A stretch of 64,000 nucleotides of DNA from Vulcanimicrobiota bacterium (lineage in GTDB: Bacteria; Vulcanimicrobiota; Vulcanimicrobiia; Eremiobacterales; Eremiobacteraceae), in contig CAWETU010000001.1 of the NCBI GenBank assembly GCA_963812135.1, positions 192,001-256,000 of the forward strand. The letters are read 5' to 3'. Below, one piece after another: positions 1 through 9,516 of the stretch (its first letter is position 1; each line of letters opens with the position of its first letter). The notes under the pieces are model-generated. The model was not told the DNA's origin, searched no databases, and worked only from the letters and a program-made list of their open reading frames with translations. The position numbers and the translations under genes were made by a program.

Positions 1-542
1 ATCTGCAGCACACCGCTATCGCCTTCCCAAACGGTCGCGGCGTTGGCGAGCCGAAGGAGGGCCGGACCGAACGGCAGCGGCAGCGGGTCACTCGTGTTCC
101 ATTTCGCGCCGTCGTCGAGCGGCGGCGGCGATGCGCCTCCGAGCACGAGCGCGGCCGGCGCGATCAGGGCCAGCGGTCCGGCGGCGGCAATCGTTCCATC
201 GGATCGAATGCTGGGACTAGGTTGCAGCGCGCTCGGCGTCGCATCCGCGGCCACCGCCAGTTCGACAACTCCGCCTTCGCCATAGCCCTCGACGGTGAAC
301 GCGACGCTCTGCCGGTCGTCGCGCGACACGGTTTTGTTGACGACGCTGCCATCAGATGAGCGGAAGCGCACGGCGACGGTTTGGTGGCGCTCGATCAAAT
401 AGACGTGCTGCTCGCCGACGCCGAAGACGCGGTTGGCGAGAAATGCGTTCGGAACGGAGCCGGGCGCGGGCGGATCGCCAAGCGCAGCCACCGTCATCGC
501 TGTGGCCGCTGCGAGAGCGCCAAGGCTTGGTACGAGTCTCAC
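1..542 (-). CDS. Secreted hypothetical protein, partial (runs off the left edge)
   Basis: Read manually: GTG at 542, then MRLVPSLGALAAATAMTVAALGDPPAP...VYLIERHQTVAVRFRS..., open to base 1. Signal-peptide-like N-terminus; starts 4 nt after the upstream gene's stop. Confidence 0.7.
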   Translation of the reverse strand, partial: MRLVPSLGALAAATAMTVAALGDPPAPGSVPNAFLANRVFGVGEQHVYLIERHQTVAVRFRSSDGSVVNKTVSRDDRQSVAFTVEGYGEGGVVELAVAADATPSALQPSPSIRSDGTIAAAGPLALIAPAALVLGGASPPPLDDGAKWNTSDPLPLPFGPALLRLANAATVWEGDSGVLQ

Positions 543-546
543 GTCG

Positions 547-1437
547 TTATTGGGTGCGCGGTGTCACCGTCGGGAGCGGCACGGGTGAGAGCTCTGTCGG
601 GACCACCGTCGGCTCCGGCGACGGCAGCGCCGTCTGTTCCGGCGCCGGCGCGGCCGGCGATGCTGCGGCTTGCGGCGTCGTCGAGCGCGCGAACGAGCGC
701 AAGACGATCGTCACGAGTGTCGAGGAATCCACGCTGCCGCCGGACGTCGCGTCCGATACGCTCGAATCGCTGCGCATCGCTTGTCCGACGAACAGGCCGT
801 CGCGCTGATCGTAGTAGTAGGTGCCCGACAGGGCGACGCTGGCCTGGACCGGGTCAGCGACAGCGGCGTAATCGCCGCCGCCGACGGTTTGCACGATCAG
901 CGTCGGCAGACCTTGGAAGGTCTGCTCGCCGCGCAGCGTGCGATTGAACGCGAGGATCATGGGATAGGCCGCGGCGGAGAGACGCCATTGCCAATTCGGT
1001 TGCGCGTGCACGTCGCGCGACGAGATGTCGCGGATGCTCTGATCCGCGAGCGCGATGGTCTGGTCGAGCAGCGGATCGATCGACGACGACGGATGGATCT
1101 CGCCGTTGGGCGCGACCTTGACGGTGAGCGACTTGTGCAAGTTGACCGGTTGCCCGCGCGTGAAGCCGACCAGATCGACCGTGAGATTGCCGTTCGCCGT
1201 GCCGCCTTGGTCGACGCCGACGATCTGCAAAGTCGCCGTGCCGGCGCCGGCGCTCGAATCGCTGCGGTTGCGCGCAGGTGCCGGGCCGCGCTGCGTGGCG
1301 CTGCTCTCGTTCATCTGCACGGTGATATCGTATGTCAGCGTATCGCCTGCCCGCAGGTGCGGCGCATCGGCCAAGCCGGGAGCGCCGATGAGAGCGACGA
1401 TGCAGCACAGCGCGAACGCTGCAGCACGATGGTTCAC
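547..1437 (-). CDS. Secreted beta-strand-rich hypothetical protein with Pro/Thr-rich tail
   Basis: 296-aa ORF with a signal peptide (MNHRAAAFALCCIVALIGAPGLA), an SD-like GGAGG upstream, and a C-terminal PSPEPTVVPT linker. Confidence 0.8.
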   Translation of the reverse strand: MNHRAAAFALCCIVALIGAPGLADAPHLRAGDTLTYDITVQMNESSATQRGPAPARNRSDSSAGAGTATLQIVGVDQGGTANGNLTVDLVGFTRGQPVNLHKSLTVKVAPNGEIHPSSSIDPLLDQTIALADQSIRDISSRDVHAQPNWQWRLSAAAYPMILAFNRTLRGEQTFQGLPTLIVQTVGGGDYAAVADPVQASVALSGTYYYDQRDGLFVGQAMRSDSSVSDATSGGSVDSSTLVTIVLRSFARSTTPQAAASPAAPAPEQTALPSPEPTVVPTELSPVPLPTVTPRTQ

Positions 1438-1627
1438 GCCAATCCTCCGGACCGCTGGGCCGCCTCCTTTGAGGGGGCTCCGAGCGGGGCTAGCGCAACG
1501 TTGGCGCTTCGTCTTTCTTAACCATCGGCTTGGAAGGAAAATTCATGAAGAGAACGCATTTTGCCGCGCTATTGCTCGCGGTGACGGCTCTCACTGTCGA
1601 CTTGCCGAAGGCCGATATCATCAGGAG

Positions 1628-2227
1628 ATGGGTCTGTTGACGCGTTTTGGTCCCCTAGCCCTCGCCGCCCTTGCGCTGGTGATGCCCGCGCGAGCGCTGG
1701 CTGACGACGGCTATGACACGAGTTTCGCGCAGGCGGTGCGCGCGGCGACGCAGACGTACCGGCTCGCCATCTGGGCGCGCAGCGCTGACTACGTGCAGAC
1801 GACTGACTACGTCGATGGCGTCGGGTTGATGTACACCAATCACGCGCGCTTCGATCCGCCCGATCTCGCCCACCCGACGATGCTCGTCTACGATGAGAGC
1901 GGCCGGCTGGTCGCCTGCGGCTACCAGTTCGCGAAAACCACGACAGTGCCGGCGGCATTTGCGAGCGTTCCCGCAAACGCGTGGTACGACATCCAGCGCC
2001 ACGTGCATTACAACGCGGTGCAGGCGGGGCAGACGCATTTCGGTCAGGCTCCGTGGGAAAGCGACGAGCAACCCACCGCAGAGGCGCTGCGCGCGAAGGG
2101 TCTTCTACCCGCCGACGCCACGCTGGAGTTCGCGTTCGTGCACCCGGCGGTCAGAGCGTTCTTGGTGTGGGCCTGGCTGCCGAACGTCGACGGACTTTTC
2201 GCGGGAGAGAACGCGCAACTGCCGTAG
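1628..2227 (+). CDS. Secreted hypothetical protein with His-containing motifs
   Basis: Internal ATG at 1628 of the 1055..2227 ORF, signal peptide ending ARALA-DD; motifs GxGxMYTNH, PxMLVY, HVH, LVWAWLPNxDGLF. Confidence 0.75.
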   Translation: MGLLTRFGPLALAALALVMPARALADDGYDTSFAQAVRAATQTYRLAIWARSADYVQTTDYVDGVGLMYTNHARFDPPDLAHPTMLVYDESGRLVACGYQFAKTTTVPAAFASVPANAWYDIQRHVHYNAVQAGQTHFGQAPWESDEQPTAEALRAKGLLPADATLEFAFVHPAVRAFLVWAWLPNVDGLFAGENAQLP

Positions 2228-3343
2228 TCAGACGACTTTTTCGAGTCGCGGGTTTGGCCGGTACGGCCGCCCGACTTTGTGGCACTCCACCATCTCGCCC
2301 TTCTTCTCGGCGAGTGCGATGTCCGCAGTGAAGTCGTAGATGCCGCGCAGCAGCGCGGACCCGACCGCGTAGGCGTCGACCGGGATCTTGCGGTCTTCGA
2401 ACTGCTTGATCTTCGCGACGTCGAATCCGCCCGACACGATGATCCGCACCCAATCGAACCCAGCAGCGTCGAGCCCGCGGCGCACGTTGAGCACCAGCTC
2501 GGGGTTGACGCCGGTCGGTTTGAACGTGCCCATCGAATGCCAGAGGCTTTTGTCGACCAGCGTTTCGGATGTGTCGAGCCGCACGCCCCAGAGCCGGCGG
2601 CCCAGCCGAGCGGCGACGGCGATCGCCGTGTTGACGCAGTCGTTGTCGAAATCGACGAGCGAGATGACGTTGATCGACGGATCTATGTGCTCCGCGAACT
2701 TCTCGGTGGCGAGCACCGTGTCGCCGCCGTATGCGGCGATGAGCCCGTGCGGCACCGTGCCGACGCCTTTGCTGCCCCACCATTCGGCCTGCGCGTCGGT
2801 GCTGACGCCGAGCGCGCCGCTGACGTACGCGGCGTAGCCGTCGCCGGTCTGCACGAGGTGGTGGTCGAAGCGCGCCGGGAAGAACAACACGTTCTTGCCG
2901 TTGGCCGCTGCCACGACGGCGCTCGTGTTGGTCGCCACTTTCGTGCGCCGCGCCAGCACGCCGAGATAGTCGGTCTCGAGATGCGCGAACAGCGAGTAGT
3001 CGCCTTCGATCGTCAGGACGACATCATACGGTGCGATCTTGTCGCCGTCATAGAGCGCGCGGACGTCGAGCTTGGGCCAACCGTCCTCCCACGATCCGTC
3101 GGGCCGCCGCCGGCCGCTGCACAGCTTGAGGATCGCGATCGCCTCGTCGATGCCGCACAGCACAGCGTTCTTCTTCTGAAAGACCTGCATGAGGACGCGC
3201 GGATGGTGGTTGTCGGACTGCAGAATCTGCACGACGCGGTTGAAGTACGTGTCGGAATAATAGCCGTCGCGCATCTTCTCGACGGGCAGGTTGAGGATCG
3301 CAGGATCGAGCCGTTTTCCCTTGGCCGGCGCTTGGGTCGCCAT
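2228..3343 (-). CDS. pncB: Nicotinate/quinolinate phosphoribosyltransferase family
   Basis: YSDTYF, FPARFDH, GTVPHGLIA, VDFDND, GVRLDTS and SGGF motifs of the type II PRTase fold. Confidence 0.8.
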   Translation of the reverse strand: MATQAPAKGKRLDPAILNLPVEKMRDGYYSDTYFNRVVQILQSDNHHPRVLMQVFQKKNAVLCGIDEAIAILKLCSGRRRPDGSWEDGWPKLDVRALYDGDKIAPYDVVLTIEGDYSLFAHLETDYLGVLARRTKVATNTSAVVAAANGKNVLFFPARFDHHLVQTGDGYAAYVSGALGVSTDAQAEWWGSKGVGTVPHGLIAAYGGDTVLATEKFAEHIDPSINVISLVDFDNDCVNTAIAVAARLGRRLWGVRLDTSETLVDKSLWHSMGTFKPTGVNPELVLNVRRGLDAAGFDWVRIIVSGGFDVAKIKQFEDRKIPVDAYAVGSALLRGIYDFTADIALAEKKGEMVECHKVGRPYRPNPRLEKVV

Positions 3344-3411
3344 GAGGCCGCAAGCGTTCGGGCGGGGCGCCGCATTGGCCTTCGAGAATGCGCCTCACCG
3401 GAGGTTCGCGC

Positions 3412-5140
3412 GTGACCAATGACGACATCGCCGCTCGACTGAACGAGATCGCCGCGCTCATGGAGTTCGACGGCGAGCCGTTCTTCAAGACCAAGGCGTA
3501 CGAACGCGCGGCGCGCAGTCTCGAGGACAGCGAAATTCCGGCTCGCGCGCTGATCGAGGCCGACACTTTGACCGAACTTCCCGGCGTCGGAAAAGCGATC
3601 GCGCAGAAGATCGTCGACATCGAAGCCACGGGCACGTGCAAATACCTCGAGGAGCTGCGCGCGAAGTTTCCGCCGACCATTCTCGAGCTGTTGCGCGTGC
3701 CCGGCGTCGGCACGAAGACGGCGATTACGATGTTCCAGACGCTCGGCATCGCCGGGATCGACGATCTGCGACGTTCGATCGAGGACGGCTCGATCGCGAC
3801 GTTGCCGCGCCTCGGCGCGAAGGGAGTCGAGAATCTCAAGACGGCGCTCTCGCGCATGGCGCAGCGCACGCACCGCATGCGGCTCGGCGATGCCTGGGAG
3901 CTCGCGCAGGAGATCACTGCCGCGCTAGAAGCCGCGAGCATCGCCAAGAACGTCGTCGCGGCCGGCAGCCTGCGGCGCATGGAGCCGACCGTCGGCGATC
4001 TCGATTTCATCTGCACGAGCTCGACGCCGGAAAAGGCGCTCGACTTCTTCTGCGCCATGGGTGATGTCGAGCGGGTCACCGCCAAGGGCGACACCAAGGC
4101 GACGGTCTGGCTGCGCAAAGGCATCTCGGCGGACCTGCGCGTGGTGCCGCATCGCTGTTTCGGCAATCTGCTGCAGCACTTCACCGGCAACAAAGACCAC
4201 AACGTCAAGCTGCGCGAGTACGCGATCCGCAAGGGCCTCAAGGTGAGCGAGTGGGGAATCGAAACGGTCGAGACCGGACGCGTCCGCACGTCGGCGACCG
4301 AAGAAGGCGTCTACGAGATGCTCGGCTTGCCGTTCATCCCGCCGGAGATCCGTCTCGGGCTCAACGAGATCGACCTCGCGCGCAAAGGCCAGCTGCCCGA
4401 GCTCGTGAGCCTGTCCGATATCCGCGGCGATCTGCACGACCATACGACGTGGAGCGACGGCACCCGCAGCATCGAGCAGATGGCGCGCGAAGCCGCAAAG
4501 CGAGGGTTCGCATACCTCTCCATCTCAGATCACTCGAGCGGGCGCTCGGTCGGCAACGGATTGTCCGTCGAGCGGCTGCGCCAACAGATCGCCGAGGTGC
4601 GCAAAGCGGCGACATCGTACGGCATCCGGCTCTTGTGCTCGACCGAGGTCGACATCCGCGCCGACGGCACGCTCGATTTCCCGGATGAGGTGCTCGCGGA
4701 GCTCGACATCGTCGTAGCCTCGATCCACTCCGGCTTCTCCGGCGATAAAGAAAAACAGACCCATCGATTGCTGCGCGCCATCGAGAATCCGTACGTGAAC
4801 ATCATCGGACATCCGACCGGTGCGCTGATCGAGCAACGCGAGGGTTACGATTTTGATGCCGATGCCGTGTTTCGCAGCGCAGCAAAAACCGGCACTGCAC
4901 TCGAGATCAACGCGAACCCAGCACGGCTCGATCTGAGTGCCGCCATGGCGCGGCGCGCCAAAGAGCTCGGCTGCACGATCTCGATCGACAACGACGCGCA
5001 CAGCTTCGAAGATTTCGACAACCTACGGTTTGGGGTCGGCACCGCTCGCAAGGCAGGCCTCACCGAAGAGCGACGTGCTGAACACCCGTGACGTGGAGGG
5101 CGTCCTCGCCTTCGTCGCCGCGAAACGAAAGGCTACCTAG
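3412..5140 (+). CDS. polX: DNA polymerase X / PHP 3'-5' exonuclease (apparent +1 frameshift near 5065)
   Basis: HhH LPGVGK, GSLRR..GDLD, ADLR, HFTG, and a PHP domain (DLHDHT, SDHS, GHPTG, NDAH). The expected C-terminus (KSDVLNTRDVEGVLAF) lies in the next frame and ends at 5140. Confidence 0.9.
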
Positions 5141-5936
5141 ACAAGAGACGCGCGAGCAGCTCGGGCGGCGCCTCGAAGTTCGGATTGACATACGGTCCTT
5201 GGAACCAGCCGTGCCAATCGCTGCCGCACGAGTAGAGCTTGCCGCGACGCAACGCGAGTTCGCGCAATTGCGAGCGCCGATCGTCGCCGTACCTAAGGTA
5301 CATGGCTTCAAGTCCGTCGAGTTCGTCGAGCCAGCGCGAGGCGACGCCGGCGTCGACGAGCTCGGCCGGATGCGCGAGGAACGCGACACCGCCCGCAGCC
5401 CGAACGATCGCACCGGCTTGCCCGGGCGTCGGCAGATCGCCATATGCCTCTGGCGGCAGCGCCGCGAAGAACTCGCGGAACGCCGCGTGGCAGCGCTGCG
5501 GATCGCCGTCCGTGAAACCGCGCAGGCACAGTCGCTCGATCAGCACCGGCAGGCGGACGGGCGCATCCGGGAAGTCCCGGTCCCAACGGATCGGCGCTCC
5601 TTGAGATTCGAGCGCCTCGATCCAACGCCGCTGATTTTCGCCGAACACGCGCGAGGCGACGCCGTTCGCGAACGCGAGTTCTTTGTCATCAGTGGCCACG
5701 CCGATCCCAAGGACGTGCACCACGCGGCCGCCGCCGAACGTCGTCATCTCGACGCCGCCGACGAAGCGGATGCCGCGCTCGCTTGCCCGCTGCGCCGCAG
5801 CGGCGTGGCCGGCCGTCGTGTCGTGGTCGGTCAGCGCGACGAGTCCGACGCCTGCAGCCGCCACCGTGTCGATCAGCGCTTCGGTGGCCAACTCACCGTC
5901 GCTGCGATCGCTATGAAGATGCAAATCACAGAGCAT
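5133..5936 (-). CDS. PHP-domain phosphoesterase (TrpH/YciV-like)
   Basis: DLHLHSxxSDG, LTDHDT, AHP and GSDWHG motifs. Confidence 0.9.
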   Translation of the reverse strand: MLCDLHLHSDRSDGELATEALIDTVAAAGVGLVALTDHDTTAGHAAAAQRASERGIRFVGGVEMTTFGGGRVVHVLGIGVATDDKELAFANGVASRVFGENQRRWIEALESQGAPIRWDRDFPDAPVRLPVLIERLCLRGFTDGDPQRCHAAFREFFAALPPEAYGDLPTPGQAGAIVRAAGGVAFLAHPAELVDAGVASRWLDELDGLEAMYLRYGDDRRSQLRELALRRGKLYSCGSDWHGWFQGPYVNPNFEAPPELLARLLSR

Positions 5937-5993
5937 GCGTGGCGGCTGCTTCGGCGCGGGTGACGCCGCCCCCGCGCGAGAAGCATCCATTTG

Positions 5994-7106
5994 ATGGCAA
6001 CCTTCGTCAAGCTACGCCTTTCGAAGGCCGCGCACACGCTTGCCGGCCGGTACTACACGTCGAATGAGGTGTTCGAGCAAGAGCGCGAGCGCATCTTCAC
6101 GCACGACTGGATCTGCGTCGGCCGCGAGGAGCACCTCGAGCAGTCCGGCAGCTACTTCATCGCGAACGTCGGCGGCGAGAGCCTGATCGTCGTGCGCGAC
6201 GCGAACGGCTCGATCCATGCGCACTACAACGTCTGCCGCCATCGCGGCACGCGCCTTTGCGAGACGGCCGGCGGCAAGTTCACCGGATCGATCGTCTGCC
6301 CGTATCACGCGTGGACGTACGGACTGGATGGACGTCTCATGGCCGCGCGCAATATGCGCGACGTGCCCGATTTCCAGGAAAGCGATTTCCCGCTGCACAG
6401 CGCCGCGATCACCAGCTGGGAAGGCTTCTTGTTCGTCAACTTAGCGGAACGGCCGCAGGCATTTGCGACCGCGCTCGCGCCGCTCGTGGGCCGTTTCGAT
6501 CGTTGGAATATCCGCGCGCTGCGCGAAGCCAAGCGCATCGACTACGAGCTGGCCTGCAACTGGAAGCTCATCTTGCAGAACTATTCGGAGTGTTATCATT
6601 GCCCGCTGGTGCATCCGCAGCTCGATAAAGTGTCGCCGTGGGATAGCGGCCGCAACGATCTCGGGAGCGGGCCGGTGCTCGGCGGTTTCATGTCGCTGCG
6701 GCAGGGCACCGACAGCATGACCTTGAGCGGCCACAGCGCGCGCCCGGCATTGCCGGGGTTAGATGCCGAGGACCGCGAGCGCGTCTACTACTATGAGATC
6801 TTCCCATCGCTGCTCTTGAGCCTGCACCCAGACTACATCATGGCGCATTATCTGACGCCGGTCGCGGTCGACCGCACCCGCGTGACGTGCACGTGGCTGT
6901 TCGACCCGGCCCAGATGGCGCAGCCCGATTTCGATGCGAGCGATGCGGTCGAGTTCTGGGATATGACGAATCGGCAGGATTGGCACGTCTGCGAACTGTC
7001 ACAGCTCGGCGTGAGCTCGCGCGCGTACACGCCGGGACCCTACGCGCATGCGGAGGGTCTGCTGCACGCGTTTGACACACACTACTTGGGCGTTATGGAG
7101 TCGTGA
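5994..7106 (+). CDS. Rieske non-heme iron oxygenase alpha subunit (choline monooxygenase/GbcA-like)
   Basis: Rieske ligands CRH...CPYH; mononuclear Fe site NWK...ECYHC..VH; late QD motif. Confidence 0.9.
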   Translation: MATFVKLRLSKAAHTLAGRYYTSNEVFEQERERIFTHDWICVGREEHLEQSGSYFIANVGGESLIVVRDANGSIHAHYNVCRHRGTRLCETAGGKFTGSIVCPYHAWTYGLDGRLMAARNMRDVPDFQESDFPLHSAAITSWEGFLFVNLAERPQAFATALAPLVGRFDRWNIRALREAKRIDYELACNWKLILQNYSECYHCPLVHPQLDKVSPWDSGRNDLGSGPVLGGFMSLRQGTDSMTLSGHSARPALPGLDAEDRERVYYYEIFPSLLLSLHPDYIMAHYLTPVAVDRTRVTCTWLFDPAQMAQPDFDASDAVEFWDMTNRQDWHVCELSQLGVSSRAYTPGPYAHAEGLLHAFDTHYLGVMES

Positions 7107-7612
7107 TGCGGTTCAATTCGAAAATGCTGGTCGCTCTCGCGCTGTGCGCCGTCGTGCTCGGTGCGCAGGTTCAGACAGCACGCGCGGCGGCGGGCGGCAG
7201 TTTGTCCAGCATGGCGTTCATGCTCGGAACGTGGCTGTGCACGAGCAAGGCGCTCGACGGCAGCACGATCCACACGACGCTGGTCACCCGGCTTTCCAAC
7301 GACGGCACACGTTTGGTCACCCGCGACACGCAGGGGGCGGGCACGACCACGATGTGGTGGGATCCGGCGAAGAAGCAATGGATGCAGACCACCGCCACGA
7401 GCAAGGGCTCAGGCGTTCAGACGTCGCCCGGTTGGACGGGCAACTCGTTGGTGTTCGTCGGAACCCAAGAGGTGAACGGCGTCCCCGTCGGTTTTCGCAA
7501 CACCACGACGAAGGTGAGCGACACGCAGATGCAGGCGATGGACGAGCTTTCCCCGCCCAGCACCGGCCAGTGGGTGACGGTCGATACGACGGTGTGCGCG
7601 AAAGCGCACTAG
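7106..7612 (+). CDS. Secreted hypothetical protein (DUF1579-like beta-barrel, tentative)
   Basis: Signal peptide ending ARA, then L..M.F.LGTW.C, WD...KQW and S.GW.G motifs; overlaps the upstream stop. Confidence 0.7.
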   Translation: MRFNSKMLVALALCAVVLGAQVQTARAAAGGSLSSMAFMLGTWLCTSKALDGSTIHTTLVTRLSNDGTRLVTRDTQGAGTTTMWWDPAKKQWMQTTATSKGSGVQTSPGWTGNSLVFVGTQEVNGVPVGFRNTTTKVSDTQMQAMDELSPPSTGQWVTVDTTVCAKAH

Positions 7613-7619
7613 GCGAAAG

Positions 7620-8360
7620 TTAGCGGCCGAATCGACGCTGGCGGCGTTGGAATTCGGCGACCGCCATTCCGAAGTGATCGCGCGAGAAGTCCGGCCAGCA
7701 CACGTCGGTGACGTAGAGCTCCGTATACGCGCATTGGTAGAGCAAGAAGTTCGAGAGGCGGTACTCGCCGCCGGGCCGGATGAGCAGGTCGGGGTCCGGC
7801 ATTCCCTTAGTATAAAGGTAGGCGCCCAGCGTCTGCTCGTCGATGGTATCCGCGTCCAGCACGCCGCTGCGGACGTCGCCTGCGAGCGCGTGCACGGCAT
7901 CGCGCAGCTCGGTACGCGCACTATAGTTGACTGCGATGTTGAGCACGGTGCCGTCGTTCGCGGCTGTCTTCTCCATCAGGTTCTCGAGCGCGCGGCGCGG
8001 CCGCTCCGGCAACGCCTCATACTTGCCGATCACCTGTACCCGCACGTTGTCGCGACGCAGCCCTTCGAGCTCTTGATACGCGAACGCGCAGCACAGGTCG
8101 AATAAGACCGAGATCTCGGTCCATGGCCGCGACCAGTTCTCTTCCGAAAAGCCGTAGACGGTGAGCATGCCGACGCCGTAGTCGCGGCAGGCGCGCACCG
8201 TTTCCCGCAGCGTGGCGATGCCGCGCCGATAGCCTTCGGCGACGGGCAGGTTGTGCTCGCGCGCCCAGCGCCGGTTGCCGTCCATGATGATGGCGATATG
8301 CGCGGGGATCGGCGCATCGGCGAGTTCGATCAGTGTTGGTTTGGGTTTGCTCGAGATCAT
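7620..8360 (-). CDS. uppS: cis-prenyltransferase / undecaprenyl diphosphate synthase
   Basis: HIAIIMDGNRRWA, FSEENWSR, NYSAR, PDPDLLIRPGGEYRLSNFLLYQ, RQRRFG. Confidence 0.93.
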   Translation of the reverse strand: MISSKPKPTLIELADAPIPAHIAIIMDGNRRWAREHNLPVAEGYRRGIATLRETVRACRDYGVGMLTVYGFSEENWSRPWTEISVLFDLCCAFAYQELEGLRRDNVRVQVIGKYEALPERPRRALENLMEKTAANDGTVLNIAVNYSARTELRDAVHALAGDVRSGVLDADTIDEQTLGAYLYTKGMPDPDLLIRPGGEYRLSNFLLYQCAYTELYVTDVCWPDFSRDHFGMAVAEFQRRQRRFGR

Positions 8361-8402
8361 CGTGAGGACCTGACGTGCCTTTCGGTTGAGCGTGAGCGCA
8401 TT

Positions 8403-8825
8403 TTAGGTGGTCGCCAGCCGCGCTGCGGAGCGGCCTTCCGCGTTCGCGTGGCTTTGCGCTTTGGCGTGCACTTCGCGGACGACGGACTCGAGTTCGTCGA
8501 TGTACGAGAGAAAACGCGTGCGGCCGGCGTTGGTGATGCGGCAGATCGTGGTCGGGCGGCCATGGCCGCTCTCTTTGGTGATGGTGACCACGCCCATGTC
8601 GGCGAGCGCCGTCAGGTGCCGGCTCAGGTTGCCGTCGGTGAGACCGCACGCGTCCTGAAGATCGGTGAAGCTCAAACCTTCGGGGTGCGCCACCAGACAC
8701 GTGCACACCGCGAGCCTGCCGCGCTCGTGGAAGATGCGTTGCAGTCCGGCATAGGCATACGGCGCCTCGCGCGTGCCGGTACGCACCGGTTTCTTGGCGC
8801 TCTTGCGAGCGTTTGTTGAGTTCAT
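8403..8825 (-). CDS. Winged-helix transcriptional regulator (HTH_34/ArsR-MarR-like)
   Basis: FHERGRL...SFTDLQ..GLTDGNLSRHL..L...G...RPTT...T..GR..F..Y pattern. Confidence 0.88.
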   Translation of the reverse strand: MNSTNARKSAKKPVRTGTREAPYAYAGLQRIFHERGRLAVCTCLVAHPEGLSFTDLQDACGLTDGNLSRHLTALADMGVVTITKESGHGRPTTICRITNAGRTRFLSYIDELESVVREVHAKAQSHANAEGRSAARLATT

Positions 8826-9457
8826 GAGGAAGTCTCCGAGAGAGCGCCGCTCTGTTCCACGCCCTCAAGCGCGATGAGCCAAGCGATCCAGAATTGTCCG
8901 ATAGCGAAGCCGAGAGCCATCACCCACCACGCCAGCGCGGGCCATTGATTGGGCATGAGCAGCAACGCGGCGCCGACGAGTCCGAACATCGCCGAGACCG
9001 GCAACACTCCTTTGGGCAGATGCGTGCGCGAGGCGAAGAGGCCAAGACCGTAACATGAGAACCAGATGCCGGGCAGCATCGCGGGCACGCCTTGCAGGTA
9101 CACCGCAAGACTCAGCACCGCGCCCAGAGCAAGCGCAGGCAGAATGCTCAAGCTGACTGTCTTCGATTGATACCGCGCCTGGCGCCCGTTGTTACGCAAG
9201 TACCAGCCGAGCAGGTTTCCATAGTAGACGGCGAGCGCGGCAGCGAGGCAGCAGAGCCAGATGGCGACATATGCCCGCACGTCCGATGTCGAGCTCGGGT
9301 GCGGCACGATCCGCGATTGCACCAGTCCGCCCGCGAGCGCGATGCCGCCGCTCAGCGCGGCGACGCGGCTCGAATAGCCGCGGAAACGCTGCACGCTTGC
9401 TAGGCGGTCCCGGACCTCGGTAAGATCCGCTAAGGCGCGCTCGACCTCGACGTTCAT
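8822..9457 (-). CDS. Six-TM membrane protein, hypothetical
   Basis: 211 aa with several hydrophobic segments; ATGA overlap with the regulator gene. Confidence 0.8.
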   Translation of the reverse strand: MNVEVERALADLTEVRDRLASVQRFRGYSSRVAALSGGIALAGGLVQSRIVPHPSSTSDVRAYVAIWLCCLAAALAVYYGNLLGWYLRNNGRQARYQSKTVSLSILPALALGAVLSLAVYLQGVPAMLPGIWFSCYGLGLFASRTHLPKGVLPVSAMFGLVGAALLLMPNQWPALAWWVMALGFAIGQFWIAWLIALEGVEQSGALSETSS

Positions 9458-9464
9458 GCTTTAT

Positions 9465-9495
9465 ACTTTGTACCACAAAGTGATGGAGAATGCAA
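9465..9495 (-). promoter_or_regulatory. Sigma70-type promoter with overlapping palindromic operator
   Basis: Minus strand TTGCAT-N17-TACAAA; inverted repeat ACTTTG-N5-CAAAGT (9465-9481) covers the -10 element. Confidence 0.65.
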
Positions 9496-9516
9496 CGGGC
9501 AAAGGACCCAGGACGA

